NCBI GenBank assembly: GCA_964514295.1
Contig: CAZEQG010000001.1
Span: forward strand, 1 to 32,950
Length of the DNA stretch: 32,950 bases
Source of the DNA: an uncultured Alphaproteobacteria bacterium
GTDB lineage: Bacteria; Pseudomonadota; Alphaproteobacteria; CAZEQG01
Direction: 5' to 3'
The translations under genes were made by a program, and so were the position numbers. Under the pieces are notes generated by a model that worked only from the letters and a program-made list of their open reading frames with translations, was not told the origin of the DNA and made no database searches. Below, piece by piece: positions 9,301-15,431 of this stretch (within the stretch, counting starts at the first letter, position 1; each line of letters starts with the position of its first letter).

Positions 9301-12300
9301 TTTCCGCCACTGCGCGGCTTACTCGGGATCGCGTCGCGCATCAGCGCGACGAAGGCGAGAGCCTTCGGGTCGACGCCCTCTGCGGCCAGTTTTTCGTAGT
9401 CTGGCCGAGGGAAAGAGACGGACAAAGGCTCGACCTTGACATCTATGCCGCTGTCGGAAAGCGCGGCTGTCAGCCGGCGCCGGGCATCCTTGCGTGCGCC
9501 ATCGATCTTCTCGCCAAAGTCCTCGATGCGGACAGAACTGGCGACGACATCTTCAACGGTTCCGGCTTTCGGTGCCGGTACGACTGGTGCTGTCTCAACC
9601 TGCCGTGCCGACTGGCTGCGCGACGCTACTCCGGCGCCGGCTCCTTCGCCGCCAGATCGCGCGCCTTCGCCGCCACCTGCAGGTCGGCCGCCCGGTTCAG
9701 TCCGCTCGGCTCGCTCTCCGCCGACCGCTCGAACAGGCGCGCCATCACCTCCAGGGGGTTTCGCAAGGAGATCGGCCTGGGCGGAGGCGTCGTCTCGTTG
9801 TCCATGCTGCTTCTCCTCAAGCGCCCGCAGGATGTCTGACGGCGACACTGCCGGCTGCCCCAGCAGGTCGCGGCCGGGCTGCGTCTTGCCGGCCTCTGTC
9901 AGGTAGAACCTGAGATCGCCTGCGATCCTCTCACGCCCGGCCGGCTGTGTCCAACTCTTGTGGTTGCGGAAGAACCGCCGCAGGAACAGCTCGCCGATCG
10001 GCGAAATCGACCGGCCGGACAGCATGTCTGTCTGCTCGACGATCTGCGTCAGACTCCGCCCCTCGCGGCGGGCGCGCTGCACCAGCCGCACAGCCTCCAG
10101 CAGGGCGTCGGTCTGATCCATCTCGGGCGCGATGCGCTTCGCTGCCGCGTCGGCCCGCATGCCGGCCCACACGCCCGCCATGTCGATCAGGGCGCCGCCG
10201 ATCGCGCGGATATTGGTGTCCGCACTCTCGACCAGCTCGGCCACAAGGGCGGCATCGCCATAGGCGCGCGCAAGCAGGGCCGCCTCGATCCGGCGCACGG
10301 CCTCCTGGCTCATCGCGCCATCGGCAGCGATCATGCCGGCCTGATCGTTGCGCGCCACCACGGATTGAATGAAGCGCCGCACAAAGTCGCGGTTGCCGGC
10401 CGCGTCTATGTCGCCGCCCCTGTATAGCGCCAGCAGGTCGTCCGGCATTGCCGCCGCGTCGGCCATGGCCCGCTCGGTGGTCGACATGCCAAGCGTGTCG
10501 CGCTCATTGGCCTCCCGCGTGAACGCCATGCGTTCCGCCGGGCTCATGTCGCCGCCCCGGATGCGCACCAGGACCGGCGCCCGCATGCCCTCGACCGGAT
10601 ATCCCTGGGCAGCAAGGTACTCGCGATAGCGTTCCGCGCCGCCCTGGGCATACGCCCGCCGGATCGCCAGCACGCGGCCGTTGCCGCTTTCGACGACACC
10701 GTCCTCCGCAATGATCGGGGCGCCGTCGCTGGCGCGCGCGCTGCGGTCGAGCAGGCGTGGATTCAGCCGCTGGGCAATGTCATTGATCTGCGTCTGGCTG
10801 GTGGCCCGGCTGCGGTCACGCGGCTGCATTTCCTGCGGGTAGGCCGGGTTGGACCGCCCGTCGTCAGTCTGCGAGGCCACGAGATCGCCAGCCTCGACGA
10901 TCGCATAGCGGACCGGAACCTCGCGCCCCCCACTGGTGACCGCCACATCCCGATCGAGGGGGTGGTGCGGGATCGAGGCGCGGGGGGCGCTGGTTGCCGC
11001 AGGCGTCTCCGGCGCTGCCGCTGCGGCCGGCATGGCGTCGTTCGCGGCGACCGCACCCTGTGCCGCCCCCGTTGTCACCGTGACGGGCGGGGCGGCCTGC
11101 GATCCGCTCCCAGACGTCGGCACAAGGCCCAGGTTGTCAGTGATCTGCGTCGAAGCGATGGCAGGCGCCCCCGTCTCGCGTTCGGCGGGCGGAAGGGCCG
11201 GTGGCTGTTCTGTCGCCGCTTCGTCCGCCGTCGGCTCCGGCTCCGGCTGCACGATGTCCAGGGGGCGGCCGGAAAGGGCATCATCGATGATGGCCTTGCC
11301 ACGGCTGATCGACGCATCGGGCAGCGGAGACGCGCGATCCTCCTCCGTGATGGGCGCCATTCGCGGCGGCGGCGCCTCTACCGCCCCGATGACATCCTCG
11401 GCCGGCAGTGCTCCGGCGGGCAGGTCGGCGGCCACGGCAGCCTGCTGCTGCAGTCGTGGCGCATCCACAGCGGCTGGCGACGGCGCCCCCTGCTGTCCGG
11501 CGGCCGCGCTGCCGCGCCGGCCATGCGGCAGCACCAGGCCGCCAATCGTCTGCATCAGCGCGCCCACGCTGAAGCCAACGCCGGCCGCCTCTCCGGCGCC
11601 CTGGAATGTGCCGCGCTCGGGATCGTAGGCCACGAGATCGGAGGCGATCAGATTGGCCGAAATGGTCTGGAACGCTTCCTGCGCCGCCTCTTCGCTGCCC
11701 TGCTTGATGGCCTCGCGGATCAACTGCTTGATGCTGCCGCCCGTTCCCTTGTCCAGCCGGTCGAGCAGGCGGCCGATCGGCACCGCCTCAGAGGTTCCGA
11801 CCAGCGCACCCAGATTGGCGGCCTTGAACGCATCCTCGATCGATGCCCCATGGGCTATCGCGTCCTCGAACTGCTGGGCGCCGCCAACCGCCGCACCCCC
11901 GCCGGCCGCCACCGCCGCCCCCGGCATGCCCATGGCCCTGCCGGCAACGCCGAGACCGAGGAAGCCGACAGCGCTGCCGAGGGCGTTCGGTATCTTGCTC
12001 GCCAGCCAGTCTTCGGCATACTCCGGGTTCACCGGAAGGGCCGCCTTTACGCGGTCGCTGATCCACTGGCCGGCCCGGTACCCGCCACCCTCGCGAGGGT
12101 CCGTCATGGCGTATTTCTGGCGCAACGCCGCGCGGCCGGCATCATCGGCGCGCTCATAGGCTTCGATGTCGCCCATGGTGACCACCGGCACATCGCCGAT
12201 GCCGACGGACTCGGGCTGCATCCTCCGCTCCGAGGCGCGCAGCCCGCTCGCGTCGATCCTGTCGAAGATGTCCAGTACCTGGCGATTGCCCTGCGCTTGG

Positions 12301-12518
12301 GCGATGCTCATCTGCTTCGGTATCCCCGCCACGACATCGGCAGCGCCACGTCCCAGGTTTGACACTGCCGTGGTGACCCAGCCGGCGGATGGATCATCGC
12401 CGATCGCGGCATCCCTTCCGACCACGGGATCGGCTTCCCACCAGCGATCCCCGGCGGCAGCGGCAGCGGCCGGAACGATCGGATCGGCTTCCCACCAGCG
12501 ATCCGGGGCGCCACTCAC
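3390..12518 (-). CDS. giant (3042 aa) polyvalent virion/ejection protein: ParB-like, LPD/zincin (HExxH), PBECR-like and PLxRFG-like modules
   Basis: A single uninterrupted ORF with a GTG start overlapping the upstream stop (GTGA). Recognisable blocks are QPRDR...GAPII...SGNGR (ParB/Srx-like), EDFGEKIDGARKD, GVQFGNYVEGG...GLAFGARGHGG...INLTKNAGPGSLAHEWMHALDN, two paralogous TARHExxH modules, a VHLAARHPEYY...VLAKPDGW module, and a C-terminal region of about 840 aa that begins RIPFDVFGG. Confidence 0.9.
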   Translation of the reverse strand: MSGAPDRWWEADPIVPAAAAAAGDRWWEADPVVGRDAAIGDDPSAGWVTTAVSNLGRGAADVVAGIPKQMSIAQAQGNRQVLDIFDRIDASGLRASERRMQPESVGIGDVPVVTMGDIEAYERADDAGRAALRQKYAMTDPREGGGYRAGQWISDRVKAALPVNPEYAEDWLASKIPNALGSAVGFLGLGVAGRAMGMPGAAVAAGGGAAVGGAQQFEDAIAHGASIEDAFKAANLGALVGTSEAVPIGRLLDRLDKGTGGSIKQLIREAIKQGSEEAAQEAFQTISANLIASDLVAYDPERGTFQGAGEAAGVGFSVGALMQTIGGLVLPHGRRGSAAAGQQGAPSPAAVDAPRLQQQAAVAADLPAGALPAEDVIGAVEAPPPRMAPITEEDRASPLPDASISRGKAIIDDALSGRPLDIVQPEPEPTADEAATEQPPALPPAERETGAPAIASTQITDNLGLVPTSGSGSQAAPPVTVTTGAAQGAVAANDAMPAAAAAPETPAATSAPRASIPHHPLDRDVAVTSGGREVPVRYAIVEAGDLVASQTDDGRSNPAYPQEMQPRDRSRATSQTQINDIAQRLNPRLLDRSARASDGAPIIAEDGVVESGNGRVLAIRRAYAQGGAERYREYLAAQGYPVEGMRAPVLVRIRGGDMSPAERMAFTREANERDTLGMSTTERAMADAAAMPDDLLALYRGGDIDAAGNRDFVRRFIQSVVARNDQAGMIAADGAMSQEAVRRIEAALLARAYGDAALVAELVESADTNIRAIGGALIDMAGVWAGMRADAAAKRIAPEMDQTDALLEAVRLVQRARREGRSLTQIVEQTDMLSGRSISPIGELFLRRFFRNHKSWTQPAGRERIAGDLRFYLTEAGKTQPGRDLLGQPAVSPSDILRALEEKQHGQRDDASAQADLLAKPPGGDGAPVRAVGGERAERTEPGGRPAGGGEGARSGGEGAGAGVASRSQSARQVETAPVVPAPKAGTVEDVVASSVRIEDFGEKIDGARKDARRRLTAALSDSGIDVKVEPLSVSFPRPDYEKLAAEGVDPKALAFVALMRDAIPSKPRSGGKLTRWAAHVAVARELSGRLLSGEKTAAEVQEKIRALGTEYVNLRPLADTVDIIADVPPAQIEAAAKFRVTLALYSMFDSKRYDPPKMFYTLEGPTGRRTNISAETLEAIIPPARSFILRAVDRTKDATTGRKRTPLQIYKARSDGAIFIGFNGYAGVVRLKDGFDTPASAREYMAEHADELQAEIDRMRAGPNERRAENRTRNGPERRDANVTPEKFQEAFGFRGVQFGNYVEGGRRQKDLNEAFDALMDMAETLGVPSRALSLNGELGLAFGARGHGGSQRAKAHFEPVQVVINLTKNAGPGSLAHEWMHALDNYFARQDDGSDIRKGAFVTDRAKPRSVAASMRPEVFVAFQKLVKTLNGSSVIRRSMKVDEARSKPYWSTIIELAARSFEKYIVDRMAAQNIENDYLANIDETSGVYPSTAEMEQEGIREAFDRLFDTIEARETEGGNVALYDIAGTTARANAATEAVYGAPTTDGNMARAVVADLLARIAPNAKVSTPDRLIDPATGRDRAYGLYIDGIIHVALGGPNAQRTARHEAIHYLRQSGYISDINWRTLAAAAREQGWGERFRIRERYGSQGLTESQMVEEAIAEAYAEWAAGGREAKSRLLMAMRWLKRLFDQVRAAIRRAIGRDVDFRDLFSDIETGRTGRGWGVGQSVDPDKPRLEMADTTTDAFRRTGGPGEGQDGAQQPDAAIELAPDVEARLSADPAMAARLARAKAEIEKAVRRIAGPDVQIEVGLFEEVMERQGQSLIPVRGALISVPGRPYQRFLALALKAGDEAYADSEVLATARHELLHVARRTGMISEKAWRSLDARARAVWIERYQIKARYPDLPLDMQIEEAVADAYGEWSLGRLEETGIIARAFRALRDFLADVLKQFRGRLLKPEQIVEEIFRDLERGRLARAARQGRTAAPAREAAAWGRDESEAFKVPNSTAEWMGMPNVRLVANPVHLAARHPEYYDGSQAVRDDINFVLAKPDGWFPFAPGRAMVFRESVGEAPAMRLVVARDGETLRVVSVYRLTKRQIAVKMAEKRRWEEDWRRAGPSHASPTLAEYLGRVGLPNAPSDALRQSDVDVAPSSADDKTVFERTGIPLSEEQRRDAEDAGAGSAGGAAARRSLMMRLIESQPLDRVMRIPFDVFGGLDRRGRWQPGLWLSDQAKRVITQAEFRDDGRMAWMNGFLHKARAALVDRYGLDPAYVERDRKRALDERRIQAQIPELMATFRDAGIGLAEAKVLQAVLTGETVPDADMAKLSEPVRNAIDSMGREAVDLGLLSAEAYERNRGAYLHRVYLKHETDQNSLVRWVARLAGARRKKIVGDQFKGRGMWIEAAPAAVGDLTAASGDRFQVLDRIEDGKVRQRVYLPDGAEVPERYEGFVDRGVWEVRGRKGGKLVLWRDFTKAERERMGEIVDARYTIAKTYMAMAHDLATGRFYKDIAENPEWSTEEPPEGAGWKEAADYSRFWADPDVQWVKVPDTTIEKSSTKRYGALAGRFVRAEIWRDIQEIERMQQPIWWDSLMRQFKLNHTARAPVVHMNNVMSNAVLMDLADVRAVDLARGIRSLVRGDADYQAAVEAGAFGTDMMSIEIRKNTLEPLLQEIERDMQGGKGGMEATAGLLGKVLDAIWSGLKRADTAMLDLYRLEDEVFRMATYLRRRSQGYSVEQAAREAREQFLDYDIRAPLINAARRTVLPFLSYTYRAVPVIAKSVAVRPWKLAKYALVAFMLDELAYMITGDGDDEERQRRSMREQEQGYTWIGAPRMWRMPWSDDSGNPVFLDVRRWIPAGDVFDTNQGSSALPMPSWLQFGGPLMLASELMLNKSGFTGQRIVNEYTDTLGDKAGKVGNYLWKAWMPSAAWIPGSWYWSKIGDAITGVRDWRDRPYSVPQALASSVGIKIKPHSVDDGFYFHGREFDRIERELRAQARSLDRERARGRISEAEYGRQILRLVERQTELAQRRSRTLEGTAVPP
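12427..12504 (-). repeat. 24-bp direct repeat (two copies, 54-bp period) at the 5' end of the giant gene
   Basis: GGATCGGCTTCCCACCAGCGATCC occurs at 12427-12450 and 12481-12504. It encodes the duplicated N-terminal motif DRWWEADP(I/V)V. Confidence 0.9.
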
Positions 12519-13435
12519 CGCTTCGTCCTCTCGACGCCTTCCGGATCGATATAGCGCGCGCCGCTAGGCAGCGCGTCGTACTCGGCCCGCGTCTTCACCT
12601 GCGGCAGCGCATCCGAAGCGCCACCCCGCGATGCCGCGCCGACGATCTTCTGAAGCCGCTCGGCAACGCGCCGATCCAACTCCTTGGCCTCCCACTCGGC
12701 CCTTGTGCCGCCGCCGAAGCCCTTGCTGAGCCACCCGTCGCGCTTGTCCGCCTCGGCCTTCACCTCCGGCGCCGTCTGTCGCTTCAGGCCGGCTTCGATC
12801 TGCTTGCGGAGGGCGTCGTCGATGTCGATGTTCCGGGCCGCGAGCGCCGTGGCATAGGCATCCCAGTTGACGGTCTCGCGGCCCAGTTCATCCTTCGCAG
12901 TGGCCTCGCGCAGGGCGCTGTCGATGGCCGTCCTGCGCTCGGCTGGCGTCGGCGAGCGGGCGCTGCCGGTTTCCTTCGGCGCCGCCTTGATCTGCTGTCC
13001 GGTCTGCCGGTCGACGACCGGAAGCGTTTCGCCACGCCTGTTCGTCTGCCACATGAGGCCATCCGCGCCCGCGAATGGCGTGCCATAGTCACCCCGGTCG
13101 GTTTCGGCTTCCCGCGCCCTGGCCCGTTCGGCGGCATTCCGCTCTTTCGACTGGTGCTCCCGCGCCTTCGCCGCTTCATCCGCGCGGAAGGAATGTTCCT
13201 CGCCGACCAGCGCACGGCGCTGTTCCCTGTCCAGATCGCCCTGACCGGCGCGGAAGCTTTCTCCCGCGACGCGCTCGGCAGTCTGGTGCCGCCGGTTCCG
13301 TTCGGCCTCTTCTGCCGCTAGGCGCGCGCGGAGTTCCTCGCGTGCCTCCAGGCGACGCGCCTCCGTCTCATCGGCCAGCCCCTTGCCGAGGCCGGCCAGG
13401 CCGCCGGCGGCCGCATATGCCAGCAGTCCGGCCAT
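12515..13435 (-). CDS. hypothetical highly charged, coiled-coil-like phage protein (probable internal virion protein)
   Basis: 306 aa, rich in Arg/Glu/Ala. Its stop overlaps the giant gene start. G/C-biased third positions and position in the ejection-protein cluster support it as a gene. Confidence 0.7.
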   Translation of the reverse strand: MAGLLAYAAAGGLAGLGKGLADETEARRLEAREELRARLAAEEAERNRRHQTAERVAGESFRAGQGDLDREQRRALVGEEHSFRADEAAKAREHQSKERNAAERARAREAETDRGDYGTPFAGADGLMWQTNRRGETLPVVDRQTGQQIKAAPKETGSARSPTPAERRTAIDSALREATAKDELGRETVNWDAYATALAARNIDIDDALRKQIEAGLKRQTAPEVKAEADKRDGWLSKGFGGGTRAEWEAKELDRRVAERLQKIVGAASRGGASDALPQVKTRAEYDALPSGARYIDPEGVERTKR

Positions 13436-13437
13436 GG

Positions 13438-14094
13438 TCAGGCGCCCGCGCCCTGCGAGCGCGACATCAGGCGCTCTTTGGCGGCCGTCGCCCCCGGAAC
13501 GACGGCATCCAGCCGTCCGCCCGCATCGGCCTCCTGCATGGCCTTGAAATCCCTCGCAAACACCTGGGTGTCGAGGACCCCTTCGGCCGAAGCCGTCTCG
13601 CGCACCAGATCGGCGGCCCTGTAGAATGCGCCCTCGATGGCATCCTCCGGCAGGTCCGCGATGCCGGCCTGCGCCTGCAGGTCCGCCAGTTCCTCGACGA
13701 TCTCCTGACCGGCGTTCAGCATGATGTCGCCGTCGATCTGCACGCCGGACTCCCGCGCGCTGTCCAGGAGCCGCTTCGCGATCGATGCTGCCGTCGCCGC
13801 CAGTCCTTCTTTCGGATTGCCGGCGCCGCGCAGCGATTCCAGCACGCCCTTTCGTACCGTGCCCCGGCCCTCCGCGTTCACGTCGTAGATCAGCCGGTGG
13901 GCGTTCTTCACGACCGTCTCGTACAGCCGCTGCTCTTCAGGCGTTGCCTGCCGCTCATCGGCCGGGCTGGGAGCGTCGGTCGACGGCGACATTGCCCCGC
14001 CCTGCGGCATCGCGCCTGCCGCCCGCGCCAGAAGCCCCGGCGGCTTCATGCCGGCCTCGGCGGCGGGCGCATCCGTTTTCATTCTGCCGGCCAT
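13438..14094 (-). CDS. hypothetical phage protein
   Basis: 218 aa with a GGAGGG Shine-Dalgarno upstream of the ATG at 14094. It is co-oriented and tightly spaced with its neighbours. I recognise no family. Confidence 0.65.
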   Translation of the reverse strand: MAGRMKTDAPAAEAGMKPPGLLARAAGAMPQGGAMSPSTDAPSPADERQATPEEQRLYETVVKNAHRLIYDVNAEGRGTVRKGVLESLRGAGNPKEGLAATAASIAKRLLDSARESGVQIDGDIMLNAGQEIVEELADLQAQAGIADLPEDAIEGAFYRAADLVRETASAEGVLDTQVFARDFKAMQEADAGGRLDAVVPGATAAKERLMSRSQGAGA

Positions 14095-14103
14095 GCGCCC
14101 TCC

Positions 14104-14943
14104 TCAGGTGACCCACACGCGGTCGATCTGGTTGGTCTGCGGGTTGAAGCGGTACTCGACATGCCCGCCGCCGCTCGGGGTGTACTTGTCGATCACCATC
14201 GGGTTCTGCGGGTGGGCCGAGCGCAGTTCGGCGGCGGCTGCGCGCGGCAGCAGGCCGGAGTCACCCGCTACGGTCAGCCGGTAGTTGCTGGCGTAGCGGT
14301 TGCCACGGTAGCGCTCGGCCGCCGCCTCATCCTCGCTCATGCCCTTCAGCAACCCGCTGCCAAGACCCGACAGGGTGTTGCCGACCAGAGTGCCGTTACG
14401 CTCCACCCAGCCGCCCTTGCCCAGCAATCCGGGGGACGCGGCGGGAGCGGTCGCGGTGGCGGGCGCGGTCTGGCCGGTGATCGTCGCGGGCGCCGCCGCC
14501 GGACCCCACAGCGGATCGCCGCCACCGGACCCAATCAGGGTGGTCTGCGCGTTAGCTCCGCTGGGCTGGCCGATGCCGGAAAGCGGATCGGTCGGCAGCC
14601 CGATGGCGCCGCTGACGCCGCCGGTAACCGCGCCGCCAATGGCACCCGTCAGCGCCCCCTTCAGCGGATCGCCGCCAGTGATCGCCGATGTTGCGGCGCC
14701 GATGGCCGCGCCATATCCGGCTTGCGTGACCGCCCCGGTTACGATCTGGCCAAGCGTGCCTTCCAGCGCCCCGGTCACGCTGCTGACGGCGGCCCCCCAG
14801 CCGCCCGCCGTGCCGGCCACGCCGAGCGCTGCCCCGGCGGTGAAGTAGACCGCCGCAGCAGCCAGCGCTACGGGAGCGATGACCTTGGCGACCTTGGCGA
14901 CCTTCTTGAAGACCTTGCCAACGCCCTTCACGACCGAACTCAT
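14104..14943 (-). CDS. Gly/Ala-rich (glycine-zipper-like) membrane-active phage protein
   Basis: 279 aa with an N-terminal amphipathic/hydrophobic segment (VAKVAKVIAPVALAAAAVYF) followed by long GxxxG/AxxxG runs (GAIGGAVTGGVSGAIG). The start overlaps the stop of the GNAT gene (ATGA). Confidence 0.7.
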   Translation of the reverse strand: MSSVVKGVGKVFKKVAKVAKVIAPVALAAAAVYFTAGAALGVAGTAGGWGAAVSSVTGALEGTLGQIVTGAVTQAGYGAAIGAATSAITGGDPLKGALTGAIGGAVTGGVSGAIGLPTDPLSGIGQPSGANAQTTLIGSGGGDPLWGPAAAPATITGQTAPATATAPAASPGLLGKGGWVERNGTLVGNTLSGLGSGLLKGMSEDEAAAERYRGNRYASNYRLTVAGDSGLLPRAAAAELRSAHPQNPMVIDKYTPSGGGHVEYRFNPQTNQIDRVWVT

Positions 14944-15431
14944 CGGCTGATACTCCCGCGATAGATCGCCCCGCAGCGCTCCAGCCCGAGGCGCCGATAC
15001 AGCGCGTCAGCGGCTTCCAGGTCCGTCCCGAAGGTGTCGACGACGCCGAACTTGATCTCGACGACGCGGGGATTGCCCCTGGCCCATAGGAGCACGGCGC
15101 CAAGCAGTCCACGGACCTCGGCCAGGTCCGCGCCGGGGCGGCAGCAGAACCAAAGGTCGGTCGCCGTCAGCGGCACGCCAACCCCATAGACGCGCTCCAG
15201 AAGCCCTACGATGAACCCTGCGATCGTGCCTGGCTCCTCCGCGCGTTCGGCCACCATCACCAGGGTGGCGCCGTCGCCTGTACCGCCATGGCGCCGAATG
15301 AGATTCAGCAGCAGCCGCTTCGTTTCCTGGATGTCCATCTCGCCAAGCTGCGCATAGAGGCTGGCGCGGTAGCGCTGCTCCATCAGCGCGACAATCGCCG
15401 GTATGTCGCTAAAGCACGCCGGCCTGATCAT
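14940..15431 (-). CDS. GNAT-family N-acetyltransferase
   Basis: 163 aa from the ATG at 15431, which overlaps the upstream stop (ATGA). The overall GNAT pattern is present: MIRPACFSDIPAIVALME at the N-terminus, a central GFIVGLLE strand, and ADALYRRLGLERCGAIYR at the C-terminus. The longer track ORF (to 15500) runs into the upstream gene. Confidence 0.65.
   Translation of the reverse strand: MIRPACFSDIPAIVALMEQRYRASLYAQLGEMDIQETKRLLLNLIRRHGGTGDGATLVMVAERAEEPGTIAGFIVGLLERVYGVGVPLTATDLWFCCRPGADLAEVRGLLGAVLLWARGNPRVVEIKFGVVDTFGTDLEAADALYRRLGLERCGAIYRGSISR

Noticed and set aside
3390-12518. The giant ORF as an N4-like virion RNA polymerase, suggested by the N4-type capsid resemblance and the size above 3000 aa.
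   Set aside because: I could not find T7-like single-subunit RNAP motifs. The recognisable blocks are instead polyvalent-protein modules (ParB-like, LPD/HExxH, PBECR-like, PLxRFG-like).
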